From Callorhinchus milii (lineage: Eukaryota): a stretch of 64,000 nt of DNA. The position numbers were made by a program, and so were the translations under genes. The stretch lies in assembly GCF_018977255.1 (NCBI RefSeq), contig NW_024704742.1:99698001-99762000 (forward strand), given 5' to 3'. Positions 26,015 through 39,739 of this stretch are shown one piece after another (the stretch's first letter is position 1; every line of letters starts with the position of its first letter). The notes beneath the pieces are model-generated. The model made no database searches. It had not been told where the DNA came from and saw nothing but the letters and a program-made list of their open reading frames with translations.

Positions 26015-27609
26015 AATCACTCTGCCTGTTATCCTGTCCTTCGCAGGAGTTAAAGCAGCCAACATCATTGCAGGGAAGCTGGAGGTTAGAGTTTGAAATC
26101 TTAAGGCCGTTAGCAGAAGATTGTGGAAATGAGCCCATCTTGTCATTTTCTCCATTTTCCTGATGTGGAAATGGAAAAAACTATTGACGAAAGCATCAAC
26201 CAGACCAATCATCTGTCTAAAGACACCATGGCACAATTTGAAATGAGAGAGTGTTTCTCTGGTGGTCTTGACCAACAATCACAGTTACGTACTGTGCTGA
26301 TTTTGATCGATTCACTCGTGCAGAACAGCAACAGAAGAGTACAGCGTGAATCTAAATTGGAAAACCTTTTTATCAAACTGGCTTGTCTTTTTTTGTTGCT
26401 TTAACCTAATTCCCTGTTTCAGTCACAGCTATCGTTGCAATACTGGGCAATTAAAATTAACTTTATCTTTATTGGGAAATTTAATAGTCTTAACAAGACA
26501 GAGCTAAATGAATGCATTGAATCAGTCAGTTCTGAACCATTCTGGCTTGGGAGGAACATTTTATTTTAGTTATTGGCTCAGCAAGTTTCTGAAAAATATG
26601 GAGGACGGTGCAGAGAAAACAGTAGTAGACATCGTGGGTGACATATGAGAAAACTTGAGCGCAAATCACTGTGACTGAATAGAATTGCATATCCTCAGAT
26701 GGGAAAAGTGGACATATATTGGGTTTCCATGTTTTGTATTTCACAGGGACAAGTGCTTCAGCAAGTTAATCCGAAATACAACCATCCATTAATGGAAAGA
26801 TTTCAATGCATGCTGCAGTCCAATACAGTGGAACTGAAGGAAATAGATGGGTGGTTAACTGGTCAGTATACAATGCTTGACTATCACAATGTGAGTTTTG
26901 CTTCTGAGTAAAGAGAAACAAATGTATTTCCGATATAAGGGGAAATATAAATCTTTCAATGAGTTTAACATATACAGAATCTGATGAAGAATACTACTAT
27001 ATTCAGATTGGAAACTGTAGGGATGCTGCACAAGTTCATCTGTACCTAAGGGGCATCATTATGTACTCAGTTACTCATGCTTGGCATGGTTTTCCTCACA
27101 GTTGAAGCAGAATATAACAGTAAAGCGTAGAGAAAGGCAAACACGTTTGTGCACAGTTGCAAAAGAAATGCTAATTATTTTGAAAAGATACATAATGTAT
27201 GAAAACTGTATGATCCACAGAATAGAAATGTGTTCTAACACTCTCCGGCTAATACCCTGTGGGACATTGATTCACAGCAAAAAAAAATGCCTTTATTCAG
27301 TCTTTGATCTTTGAGAATCTAGAGGGGGAAGAAGAAAATGCAAGTGTCACCGCATAAGATTTAGCGATGCTTTTTGAGGTCCATGAGTTAAGAGTGCCTT
27401 TTCAAGAGCAATCATATGGCCGCACAGCACCTGAAGCCTTAAGTCTAACTCATAAACAGCTGACTCTCATATTACTGGTCATGTCAACATAGCCCACTGA
27501 TTCATAACCTGATGTGTGACAACAAATAAGAAAACCAGTGCAGAATACATAGAAGCAACGATCTATAGATTACAGATACTCTTCCTTTCATGATGAATTC
27601 TAGTAGCCC

Positions 27610-27950
27610 TGGTGCCTTTGAGTTAGAAAGTTGTAAATTCAAGCCCCATGTCACGATTTTGAGCTCATTTTCTAGGTTGACACTTCATGCAATCCTGGGG
27701 GAGGCCATCCTTCGTCAAGATCCCATGGCACTATTTGAAAAGAGAGGGTGTTACTCATGATAGTCTTGACCAACAATCATCCACATAAAATTGATCATTC
27801 ACTTCATGACTGTGTGTAGGATATTGCTGGGTGCAAATGGGCTCTGTGTTCCTCTACAAATACAAGGCCACGCTTTACAGTAAATCCTGTGAAGAACTTG
27901 GGGATGTTTCAACAATGTGATAAAATGTGAAAAGAAATGCAAGCAATATT
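27610..27950 (+). mobile_element. Deu-domain SINE, decayed
   Basis: TGAGTTAGAAAGTTGTAAATTCAAGCCC head remnant, AAGATCCCATGGCACTATTTGAAAAGAG core, L2-like tail. Confidence 0.7.
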
Positions 27951-28074
27951 ATGATAAAAGTTCATTCATGAATTTGAGACTCCTGAATTATTCATTGATC
28001 ATGAGATGGAGGAGCCTATTGTTAACCCCATCCCCTCCCCAAAGGCTTAGTTAATAATAGAACTGGTCAATGTA

Positions 28075-28393
28075 TTAATAATAATAATCCTTGCATTTGA
28101 TATAGCGCTTTTCACGTCGGGAGGACGTCCCAAAGCGCTTCACAGAACACACTGTAAAGTTAATTGACTGTATATTTGTGGGCGAACGCGGCAGCCAATT
28201 GTGAACAGCAATGTCCCACAAACAGTCGTGGATTGAAAATGACCAATTTATTATTGTTTTTGGTTTTGGAGGGATTATTATTAGGTGTGTGGAGTAAGGA
28301 AACTTGCCCAAGGTTTCGCCCTCTGCCTGGAATTGAACTCAGGTCTCTTGCTTACAAAGCGAATGCTCTAACCACTGAGCTACAGGACTCCAC
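28075..28393 (-). mobile_element. Full-length young tRNA-derived SINE with L2-like tail
   Basis: Near-identical reverse complement of 28589-28912, with head GTGGAGTCCTGTAGCTCAGTGGTTAGAGC, B-box GAGTTCAATTCC and (ATT)n tail. Confidence 0.95.
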
Positions 28394-28588
28394 ATTACTC
28401 AGCCATATTTATAGACCAGGAAGATCTCAAGTTCAATCCATGCTTTCTCCCTTCCTCGGGGTGTAGCTGTGCATTGCACTGCTCTGAGGCATTATCCTGT
28501 GTGAAAGGCCCTACATAAATGCAAGTTTGTTGTTTTGCATTGTTGTTGTTGCATTCAATTATTTGATCCAAGCCTTAATAATAACTTT

Positions 28589-28912
28589 GTGGAGTCCTGT
28601 AGCTCAGTGGTTAGAGCACTCGCTTTGCAAGTGAGAGACCTGAGTTCAATTCCAGGCAGGGCGAAACCTTGGGCAAGTTTCCTTACTCCACACGCCTAAT
28701 AATAATCCCTCCAAAACAAAACAATAATAAATTGGTCATTTTCAATCTACAACTGTTTGTGGGACATTGCTGTGCGCAATTGGCTGCTGCGTTCGCCCAC
28801 AAATATACAGTCAATTCACGTTACAGTGTGTTCTGTGAAGCGCTTTGGGATGTCCTCCTGACATGAAAAGCGCTATATCAAATGTAAGGATTATTATTAT
28901 TATTATTATTAT
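28589..28912 (+). mobile_element. Full-length young tRNA-derived SINE with L2-like tail
   Basis: A-box TAGCTCAGTGG, B-box GAGTTCAATTCC, body shared with at least 6 other copies, tail GCGCTTTGGGATGTCCTCCTGACATGAAAAGCGC...(ATT)n. Confidence 0.95.
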
Positions 28913-29039
28913 AATATTGGCAGTGAGCTTTATTGCAATTGGAAAAAATCAACCATCACATTTTGGGGAATTTTTTAGGTTAATCTCAAATGTTTGAAGA
29001 GCCTGATCAAAATTTCCACTTTCAAGGTATTTTACTGGA

Positions 29040-29345
29040 CACTTTGCACACAGAGGTGTCCAAACAGCCATAACATGATTATCCAGTGTTATCTGGGGGA
29101 TTGTTGGCCAGGATACTCCTTTCTCTTTTCAAATAGTACTATTGGATCTTTAATGTCCTCCTGACATACAAGACCCAAATTTAATCTCTTGACTGAAGAA
29201 TGGCATCTCTGACAATGCAGCACACCCCCAGCACTGCACTGGAAAGTCAACCAAGACTTTGAGTTCAAAATCCCAACTTTGTGCTTTAGTCCACAAACAT
29301 TTGACTGAGGTGAGCATGCTACCAATTGAGCCTGGCTGTGAGGTA
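29040..29345 (-). mobile_element. Deu-domain SINE, decayed
   Basis: TTGTTGGCCAGGATACTCCTTTCTCTTTTCAAATAGT...GGATCTTTAATGTCC...CTCTGACAATGCAGCAC is the reverse complement of the 59343-59762 core. Confidence 0.8.
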
Positions 29346-29945
29346 GAGACAACATTACTATAAACATTATTATTATTAATCAATTCACTTTACAGTATAT
29401 TCTGTGAAGCGCTTTGAGATGTCACAACGACGTGATGAGGCACTACATTAAATGAAAGATTATTATTATTATGATTGTTATCTTTAATCCTCAGTCAAAT
29501 AACAGGAAAACTCCTGGTGAAACCTCTGTTGTCTTTTGGTGGCTGGAGTTTTAATTATTCAGTTTCATTTGATTCTGCAAGATCTACATCTGTATTCTGC
29601 CTGGGGAATTGTGGCTATTCCATTTCCTCTTCAGTCAGGTAGGAGTTTTAACACAACACTATTATATATCCGTTGAGATCATGATCTGGATACACTCTGA
29701 GGCAGAACAAAGTTGAGGATTGATGCTGTGAGAGCTTGTCTCAATTGAATCACTATCTTTAAACATATTAAAGATAAACATATCATTGCGCATGTATGGT
29801 TTTAATAGACCACTGGTATTGAGTTAACATAATAACAATGAGAAACAGATACATCTGTGAGTAGACTTAAGGTGACCAATGCACAAGCATTTACACTTCA
29901 ATTTAAGAAAGAATCCAGTATGGTTTTCATCTTCAAAGAGAAGTG

Positions 29946-30130
29946 AATCATAGAAACTTTTACACACAGAAGGAGGCCATTTGGCTCGTTGTATGTATGC
30001 TCCGTCATTGGATCTACCTCCTCTAATCCCATTCTTTTCTTCTTTTCCTGTAACCTTGAATAATATTTTTCCTCAAGTATTTATAAAAAATTCCTTTTAC
30101 ATGCTGTGATGAAATCAGCTTCAACAGCTA
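29946..30130 (-). mobile_element. CR1 LINE 3' end
   Basis: AATCATAGAAACTTTTACACACAGAAGGAGGCCATTTGGC is the reverse complement of a CR1-type terminus. Confidence 0.7.
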
Positions 30131-30795
30131 TTTGTGATAAGACATTTCAGAGAAGAAGGCCCATCAGCCCTTTGATCTAAACAAGTAATTAAAATCCAGT
30201 CCTGTATCAGCTGTCTGAGAATTTGGAAGTTCCACTGATGTTCATTTTTGTAACAACAACAACTTGCATTTATATAGCACTCTTCACTCTGGACAGCCCC
30301 ACAAGGCAACATCAACCTTATGGTATTTACTGGGAAAAGGGATAATTAATTAACCTGACTGAAGCATTTTGCAAGTTTGCCCATTGCAGGATCCTGCAGT
30401 ACTTTCCTTTGCTTTGTCCCTATTGTGTCATTCCAATTGCATGTTGACACTCAGAGTTTCACTTCTTGTTGAGACTCTTTCATTGAATCGTAGGAACATA
30501 GGAACAGGAGGAGGCCGTTCAGCCCTTCGAGCCTGTTTTGAATCAACAGTAGTTATAATTGATGTCAACAAATAAAAAAAGAAAGTGGGTACGGAGCCTA
30601 CAATGTCTTAGTAAAGACACAACCTTGAATTACATTACGCTTCAAGATCAGAAACCCAATCTTTGTTGAGTTAGCAGATCACAGTTCGTGGACTACAGTT
30701 GACCTTAGTGTCATCAACTAGTAAGGGAAAAATCAGCTAGTGTTCCCTCCTGATCACTATTCAATGGCCAGTGGGTTTGACCTTTACTCTTAAAG

Positions 30796-31115
30796 AACCA
30801 TAGAAATTTACAGAAGACCACTCGGCCATCATGCCTGTGCTGATTCTTTTAAAAAGCAATCCTTTCAGCTCCATTTACTTGCCCTTTCCCCATACCTCTG
30901 TAGTTTACTTCTTTTAGATATCTATCTAGTTTCCTTTTGAAAGCTGATATGGATTCTGCCTTAACCACTGCTCCTGGCAAGGCATTCCATATCCTATCTA
31001 CTCTGTGTGTGAAAAAAATTCTCCTAATCTCCCCATTTTCTTGTTTGCTAGCTATCTTAAATTGATGCCCTCCAGTCATTGATTCACAGACCAGTGGAAA
31101 TAATTTCTCCCTATT
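30796..31115 (-). mobile_element. CR1 LINE 3' fragment (ORF2 C-terminus)
   Basis: ORF 30849-31079, TGGHQFKI...RRIFFTHRVDRIWNALPGAVVKAESISAFKRKLDRYL, is the typical CR1 ORF2 C-terminal motif. Confidence 0.9.
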
Positions 31116-31269
31116 GATTCCTTATGGGAGTGGGGGGATGGGATGCAAAGGATGGGAAAGATACCTTGACAGATGGGTCTCTACTTCAGCCCAGACGTAG
31201 GGTAGTTATAAATGGAATATGTGGAATTAGTTTTTGCTGAAAATGCTGACTAGTTCTAACAAGCTAAAA

Positions 31270-31520
31270 ACATACCTCTGAGATTAGAAGATATTTCTTC
31301 ACTAAGAAAGTTGTTACAGTGTGGAATTCACTACCACAAGTGGCTATTGTGGCCAGATCAATAGAATCATTCAAAAGTGAACTGGATAAGCATCTGAGCA
31401 AAATCCTGAAGGCATGTAAAGAGAGGATGGTAAAGTGAGATTAATTTTTAAATAGGCATTTGGAAAAAAAGATAAAAGTGGCACAGACACGATGGGTTGA
31501 AGGCCTCCTCCTGTGTAGAA
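31270..31520 (+). mobile_element. CR1 LINE 3' fragment
   Basis: RRYFFTKKVVTVWNSLPQVAIVARSIESFKSELDKHL, then the GATGGGTTGAAGGCCTCCTCCTGTG terminus. Confidence 0.85.
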
Positions 31521-32835
31521 GATGGGTGTGAATCCTTAGGGACGAAAGTTTATTATTGAACTATCAAACATATTTGAAAACAATTTCAGGGTGAATTTGA
31601 TTATATAGACTGCCAGGCACTTTGAGAAGTTCTTTTATTTGAAAGGGTTAGATGCATTTAAGTAGTTCTTTCTGTTGTTGATTTCCTGCACACAATGGGA
31701 TGAAATTTGTGTTAGAACTTTCACCCCTATTAATGATCAGAATTCTCCTATTCCAAGTCAATGAAGGAGGAATAGATACAGATTAAAATGAACAAATGCC
31801 TTCTGTGCTCCTGGGGCCAGAGTACCAGAGTAGGGGCTGTGGCCTGTGAAGGGAAGTGACTTGAGTTTCAATTGTGGGCTTGTTAAAATATTTTGTTTAT
31901 TTCATTGACTGAGGGGGTCTATATAAGGAACTCCAGGAGTGGGTGGAATGAAGTCTGTGATAGGGTGCATTTGCATGGACTGTGTATTTATCTAAATGGC
32001 AAGGATATGAAAATAATAGGGGGTGATCGTATTATGAGTTCATCTCTTAATTTAAAGGAGCCACCAACATATCGTCTTGCACGATTTGGTTAGTTACTAC
32101 TATTATTTCTAATGGGCCTGATCCTGTGAACTGCTTTTTTATGATGTAGATCTAGTTGATGTTGTGCAATGTTTCCACCTTCCCATTACCATTACATAAC
32201 CTTTCAAGATCATGTTATGCAACCAAAATAATGACATTTCTGATTTAAAATCACTGAATGACTGGATGGCACAAGGGCACACAAGACAAGGCTTAATATT
32301 CAGACTGCTGTTTCACTGTATTTTATATAATGCTGGATTGGATAAATAACAAAATAAAAACTTGCATTAAATTTATCGCCTTAAAACAAATCTCAAACTC
32401 CTTCACAATTTGAGGTCTAAGTAGCAAGATTTACTAAAAAGATTTGGAAATATCAAATCTGAAACTCCTGAACACAAACCTTAAGTCAAAACTGAGCTCA
32501 GTGTCTGAGCATATCGTCCAGGGAGACATATCTAGATACATACAGGATTCACTGTTTACTGGAAAGCTTGCAAGTCTTGCAATTTAGCAAATAAATAATT
32601 CTTAAGTTTAATTTTGTAACTTTCATGTCAGGAGAACGTTTCAAATCGCATCACAAGGATTTTATTGTGAAGCATAATCTCTGCGTATTGTTTTAGCTGA
32701 ACTCAGCTGCCAGTTTGTGCACAGCAAAGTCCTACAAACAGCCATGAAGTGAGTAACCAATTTTATCTTAGATTGTTGGCCAGGACACTAGGAGAAATTA
32801 CCTTTTCTTTTCAAATAGTGCCATTGGATCTATAT

Positions 32836-33090
32836 AATAATAATATTAATCCTTGCATTTGATATAGCGCTTTTCACATCTTCTAGACATCTCAAAGCGC
32901 TTCACAGAATATGCTGTAAAGTGAATTGACTGTGTATTTGTGGGCAAAACGTGGCAGTCAATTGTGCACAGCAGTGTCCCACAAACAGTTGTGGATTGAA
33001 AATGACCAATTTATTTTTGCTTTGTTTTTTTGGAGGGATTATTATTAGGCGTGTGGAGTAAGGAAACTCGCCCAAGGTTTTGCCCTGCCA
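32836..33090 (-). mobile_element. Young tRNA-SINE, 5'-truncated, next to an older SINE remnant at ~32610-32830
   Basis: Reverse complement of the 28660-28912 body and tail. Confidence 0.9.
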
Positions 33091-33599
33091 CCTGAACCCC
33101 AGTGAGCCAAATGATTAGACACCAGTGAGATACTTTTATGTGTGTTGACTGTTTTGTAGGTAACCTGGCAGCTAATCTGCACCAACAAAGCCTCGCAAAC
33201 AACATTGAGATAAATGAGTGCTTAATCTATTTATTTTGGTGAAATTGGATGAGGGAGTAACATTGGAACCTCCAAAGGTCAGCCGTGGCAAGACATCTCC
33301 AGGATTTGCAGAGTTACAAATCCTTTTGTAAATATCGCAATTTAGTCCCCTCCAAAAATCATAGGTTTTGTGCTGGTAAGGCTAATCCTTATGTTTTGTT
33401 GGGGGAGGGGAGATAATTAGATAACTGGTGGCCATGATTTCATGATGGCGAGGAAAAAAAAGGTGTAACTATGGAACAGCCAAGAACACAGAACCCTTAG
33501 CTTCTTTGTATTGGCGTAATTTCAGACACAAACGTCAGTAATGCCTGTGTGATTTTGCTAACTGTCTAAATTTCTCACATATGAATGCATAGATGCCCT

Positions 33600-33750
33600 C
33601 AGCACTTCCCCAACACACACTCTGGGGTCCTCAAACCTTGGCTTTTGCCTGGGCATAATACTTTATCGGATTAGATGAGTGCGGTGAGTCTCCTGAGGAG
33701 AGAGTGCTCACTGAATTACAGACAAATGGTAATTTTCATGCATGTGTGAA
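33600..33750 (+). repeat. Unclassified dispersed repeat, decayed internal fragment (copy 2 of 5)
   Basis: CCCCAACACACACTCTGGGGTCCTCAAACCTTGGCTTTTGCC...GGAGAGAGTGC matches ~55230-55320. Confidence 0.65.
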
Positions 33751-35462
33751 ACTGTCAGTAGTTTTTTTCGGGGGGTGAGGAAATCGTAAGCATAGCGGTG
33801 AAGTTTTGTATGTTTCAGACACTTGGCTGACCAAAAAAATTACCTACTGCCAGTTTCTGCTGATATTTGACTGGATTCAAAATGAAACAGCTGCTGGAAG
33901 TGGGTGGATAAAAAAAAACATTTTTTAATCTATATATTTTTTCCTGTTGTGTTTCCTGGCAGTCAGTTTTTTTTCCCCCAGCGATACCCTGGTATAGAAG
34001 TCAAGGGAGGATGAATAAGGATCAGGAGTGGAGAGGCAACACTGTGTCATGTTGAGACACCAATTCTGGACTTAATAGTCTGCAGCGTAAACGAAGCAGG
34101 TTAGCTTTCGGGTTCAGTGATTCTTAAAAGCCTTGTCTGCTTTTCAGCAGCTTATTGGTGACTGGGGTATAAAATCCCCTATTGAGATCTAATTTATACT
34201 GCTGTCTTTGAGTGCTTCTGTCTGCTGAGGAAACATAGATAGGGTTTGTTAGATGGCTGAAAGCAAGGGCAGGTTGCTTGCTATCTGAATGGCTCAAGAT
34301 CTTATAGGTTAATGCTCAACTCCTGATCGGGATATTTCAAGGTTTAGCTTGACATAACCAGGTCATGTAGCGCCAACCTGCTATTTTTCTGTCAGAATTT
34401 ATGTTGTTTTGCTCTCTAATTGAGTACAAACTGTGCGGCCCCATACTAATTGCACGCTGTGTAAAGAATTTCAGCGCCTCTCTGGTACCTTGTCAAGCAG
34501 CCGACTGCTTTCCCTTTGCAGCTGTCAGCATGGGAGCTGCTGTTATTGTAGAGAAAAAGAAGTTTCCTGTTTTTAGGCCTTCTCTCTCTCTCCCGCAGCA
34601 GGCTCTGACTATCACCTGACAAGACTGACAAAAGAATCTTGGGAATGTGGTGGATGAAACCATGAGAGCTGAATGTGGAAGCGGGCTCAGAAAATGCAAT
34701 GTCAGATTTCTTCAGTTAGAGAAATATTCTTTCCTTGGCTCGGCTGCCTTTCTGGTTCACCCCAAGCAACCCATCTCATTCAGGAGGGAAAACCTTTTGG
34801 CACTTGCTGAATGTTTTCAGAATCCAGAGACACAAAGCAGCGTATTTTGATGTGGTTCTTAAATAGCACGGTTCATTCATCAAAGAAGACAGATACAAAC
34901 ATAAAAGTAACACAATATTCTGGTTTATGTGGTGTCTTAACTATTTTATTCCTTAGTTACAGTCGTCAGTCTTATTCCGTTTGGTAAGCCACAGTTAAGA
35001 ATTACTTTAATACAGAACAGAACTAAACCTCATCTGGTTTTAATAGGAAACCACCGGTTTGTAGTCCCATGAGTGTTTAGCATGAAACAATTTAACTTAA
35101 TAGTTAAGAGTATGTGGGTATGAAGGGAAATTGTAAATTTTAAGGGGCCCCCTCTGTTAAATACTGGGATGTGCCTTTTAACATTAAGTTATAAATGGTG
35201 GGGGAAGAGAGTGGAGGATGGGAGTGTGTGTGTGTGTGGAGAGGGAGGAGTGACACGACATGAACTTTAAAGCTGCCAATCCTAATAATTTTCATTGGAT
35301 TGTGACTGAAACCATTGCTGACACACATCACAGTGCTAAGCGGTACTGGCACGGATCAGGCTGAACCCTGACCCAATTCTGTTACCAAACACAGCGCAAC
35401 TCACCTCCGTGTAGCTTTGAGGAGAGATGAGACTAGTCATGGCTTGGCATTTAGTTATTTTT

Positions 35463-35532
35463 ACACACACGCACGTACACACACACACGCACACACACAT
35501 CTACACATACCTACACACACGCACCCACACAC
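35463..35532. repeat. Imperfect (CA)n microsatellite
   Basis: Interrupted CA dinucleotide run. Confidence 0.9.
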
Positions 35533-36164
35533 AAGAGGTCTTCAGATTAGTCTCAGATGATCTTCAACTAAACGCGGAGGCTGGCCTCTCTGGATCACCC
35601 TCTTTTGTACGTGTGAAGTGTTTCTATATACTGTGCTAAAGAATGGCACTAGGATCATTATAGTATTTCACTTTGATGCCTTTGTCTCAGTGGGTAAAGA
35701 CACTATTACAAGTGTCAGCCGGTAGCACTCTCTTACGTCGGGACTTTGAACTCTCAGTCAAGACTATCAATCCAGTGTAGCATTGGGGGAGGGGAGGGAT
35801 GGCAGTGTAGAGTGGACACCAGGCAAAAGCAGGATTGAGCCTGATTATTATCGAGCTTGCACAAAAAGTCACCAATATTTACTGTCCAAATTTACACATG
35901 TATATCCTCTTAGGCAAAGTATTTGAGGGTGGTCTATACTGGTATAACACTACAAACTTGAAGAGAACTGTACTGAAGTGATGGAATAAATGATGGTGAA
36001 CAAATTGGGGTTACTATGTGATATAGCCAAGGGTTTTCAGATCAATTTGAGTAATAGATGTTTCTCCACGAACTCTCATTTTGCCTATTCCATTAGTCTG
36101 AGAAACCAAAATCAATCAAAACAAAATAATAATTTAATGCGCTGATCAATATTTTGTGATAAGC

Positions 36165-36440
36165 CCCCGAAATCTGAGAGGGAAACATCAGTCAGGGTTT
36201 CCACTCAATCACTGTCCACCTGGAAAATGTGCAAGTGTGGATGTCGTGAGAAACGGATTGGGCTTTGTTTTGAAGCTCCACACAATTGGATAACCTGTCA
36301 AAACTCACTGTCTGGGCTGCCATATGAATAATGGTTACTTGGGCAAAATCCTCTAAGATAGTCAGTGTCCATGAAACCGTACCCCAGATGATGATTCAGT
36401 GCTTTCAAAAGAGGAGTGAAGAAAATAGAAGGGAAGAAAG
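36165..36440 (+). mobile_element. Third old SINE-like family, 3' part
   Basis: GAGGGAAACATCAGTCAGGGTTTCC...CTGGAAAATGTG...GGATTGGGC...ACTTGGGCAA...TTCAAAAGAGGA, shared with 56440-56770, 48130-48560 and 30640-30770. Confidence 0.6.
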
Positions 36441-39400
36441 ATTTTTAAAAAAAATCAGCTTACTCTGAATTGACAACAACCAGTTTCACAAATCCAAAAT
36501 GACCTAAACTGATTTTGTTCATTTTATTTTATCCTGAGGCACATTTACCCCTCGTGCTATACTAGAGTGAACCTGAGGTCATTTATTTCTAATGTACATA
36601 AGGCCACTTTGTGCTTGCCTGCAATCGTGTGGTCAGCTGTGCTGTGAACATGTGATCCGACTCAAGACATTTGCCGGTTTGAGCGTTCCGAAGGCAAATG
36701 TTTGACCTTTTACGCTCGGTCCATCTTAAATAGAAATGAATGGGTCTTGTTATTTCAGGTTCACTTCTCTGACCTGGATTCATGCATGTTCCTTTCACTG
36801 GCCTCACTGTTGCTGCCACAGTGGTATTATCATGAGCGTGAAATTAATGTCCTCAGGGCCGGTGCATGAGAGTTATAATGCAGTATAACGTTTTTGAAAA
36901 GGCACTACATGCTACAGCGGACAAGGAGCAGCATATTGAGTAACCCTGAAGGTCACCTATTGATGATTCAGTATCACAAATGAAAATGCATTCTAACATT
37001 CCCAGCCTAATGTACTGGAGGTCACAGCACAACAATACTGCTTATTTTACCCTCACAACTGTGAAGGGAGCAGAGTATTGATGTGTTGTCTGTGGTGGAA
37101 GAAATTGGTCTTCTGGCACTGTGAATGCACTTTAAGGAGAATTCCAAGCCAACTGGCTCACTCTGTGTTCTCTGAGGAGGCAACAAAACTAGAAGCCTTT
37201 TTTTTAATTGCAAGCGCCATGAGCTTGTGCTGAAATTACAAGGAGCGGCATTTGAGAGCTACTACGCCAATCCAGTAATCGCCAGTTAAGTTGGCAATTA
37301 TTTTTATAAAGGAACGTTTCCTCAGGCTTTTTTCCTATGTTCTCTAGCAGTTACTTGATAAGAACAATTGGATAAACGGAACGGTTTGATTTGCTAGCCA
37401 AGCGGAGGAAGGGGAGGTTGATTGAGAAGATCTGTATTGACTGATTCATTACAGATTAGGGCTTTGGCAAACATTTGCTTACATTAGGAAATGTTCAAAT
37501 CACTTGCATCAGATTTAAATGTACGGAAAGCTGACTATATGTATACAGCTAATGTCCTCCACTCCCAATCTTGTGTTGCTGGATAGAAAACTACCAGTTC
37601 TGTGGGAAACAAAATCTTATAACAACATCACATTTTGATTTTATTCAGCACTGCCACGTCAGCTACAATAACCAATTGATACCTTGTAGTCGTACATGAC
37701 ACACTGTACACATTACTACGTTGAGTCTATTAGGTAACACAATTTTTTGTCACAAGTTTTTAGGATCACATCCCTTTATCAGATGAAAAAATTATTACCC
37801 ACCCGACTTGGAAGCTTCTGTATCTGAACCGATTTATCCCTTATACAGTAGTCAACTGAATAAAACATACTGCTCTCTAGTTACAAGTAGGAGTTTTAAT
37901 CTAATCTTTGATCCTCTGCCCCCATAACCTTCCAGGGTTAGATAATTAATCAGGTGCAATGTATACGATTTCAATGGAACTGGAAGATGAACCACCAGAG
38001 TATATCTAATAAATAGGGCAGGTTTACTGTTTAGCTGGACTCATTTACATAAAAGTACAGCAGTTGTCAGAAGCTCTTAGCAAGCAAACAGCTCTGAGAA
38101 CATAAGCCAGCAGATGGTCTGCTTCTGGTGTTAGCATTCGCTCCTCTCTAATGCGTGTGATCCCATTACATCTCTGTATCTGTTACCCAGGTTACTGCTA
38201 AATTGCTGTGAAAGGCAGGGCAATAAGTAACCTGTCGCACATGCATCCGAGCAGCAGAATTTTCCTGTTCACTGAACGCTTCATCCCATCAATGCTTTGC
38301 GCACAAAAAGAAAACTAATAGCTCCTGAAAATTATTGTAGCCGACCTACAGGGAAAGGAGGCTGACGAAAGGCAGCTCGGTTGGATTTGGCATGTGTGTC
38401 ACATAACCCAGAGAGGCTGCTGGCAGAATTCGCCCTTGCTTGGGAAACAAGCTTCATCAGGCAGTTTCCATAACATTAACATTTAAACAGTGTGACTGCA
38501 AGTGGTTGTATCAGCAAGTTTCGTTCAGTTTCAATAACCGTGCATGTAATGACAGCTGCACGCTGGCACATGGTAAAAGAGGAATTTTTAGAAATCAGCC
38601 ACTGAGCCTAATCGCCCGGCTTTGCCACTGATTTACTTTGTTATTTGAGATACATAATAAAAGAGGGTGTTTACAGCCGACTGTCCAAATTAAACCATTC
38701 AGGAAAGAAAATAGGAAGGTTTGAATAAGCCAAATTAAAATAGGAAGGAGGAGCGAGATGGTATATTTCCCTACTCTCCTTCCCCGTTTCAACAAGTATT
38801 GTGACAGATGAAGAGAAACTGTGTCCACTCTTTGCTGTCCCATCGTTCACCCACTCAATTCTCTTGCTGGCTCTGCAAAATTGGCTGACAGCTGTATAGT
38901 GCAGTTACAGCAAGTATGCCAGTTAGAGTACTGAGTGCAGGGCCACAGGCCAGTAATCCAATTGATTCACACAGGGTCAGTTCAGACAAATCTACCCAAT
39001 ACCTTTAACTTCAAAACTCGAAGGACGTTGCACAAAAATAGTCATCCTTTTAATTATTTATTTGGAAAAAAAGATATAATTCCATTTTTAGCCAGTGTCA
39101 CGAATGTTATGGTAATGTTTAAGCCATTCTGTCAGAGAGCATTAGTGGCCTTGGTGTGAGTGGATCGAGTCAGTCTATGTTTTTTACAGCCTGTAAGGTT
39201 AGATGTTTACAAGCAGGAAGCAACAACAAGGACCTTGTGAGAGCAGGCTTGTGAGAGCTGAACTGGGAATGGGGTAAGCATGACTGACAATGGGCACTGG
39301 ACCGAAGGCAAGTAGCCTAGTTCTTTACTAAGTAGGTGGTTAGAGTTGGCGTATAGTTTGGACAGCTTATTTAGCTGTGTTATTAACAGCAGGAACATTG

Positions 39401-39739
39401 GAGACAAATGCTAATATGTTACCCACACTTTGTTATCTAAATGTGAGATACTGTTGCCATGTGTGCAATGTTAAACATTGATGTAAGCTTAAAAGCTCTG
39501 AGGGCTGCAGCAGTGTAATGCTGAAGAAAGGGATAACTTCTGGCCACCACACTGACATCCATCATTGCTTGGAGACATGTTGAGAGATCAAAGCTGACAC
39601 TGTTTGTTAGAGGAGACCCATGTTTACACTGGGATGATGATAGTGGTATCAGGTTAGCATGAACCCTATGACTAGAGGGGGAGGGGAATGGTTTATATTA
39701 CCAAGCTTCAATGTGATGTCCACAAGAGCCTTTGATAAA

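Noticed and set aside
28589..28665. Functional tRNA gene (also 28320-28393, 46392-46460, 58282-58350)
   Set aside because: Each tRNA-like head runs straight into a SINE body and tail and lacks a proper acceptor stem and terminator
33982..34099. Exon candidate after a strong acceptor TTTTTTTTCCCCCAG
   Set aside because: All three frames contain stops and the donor is weak; a non-coding exon cannot be supported from sequence alone
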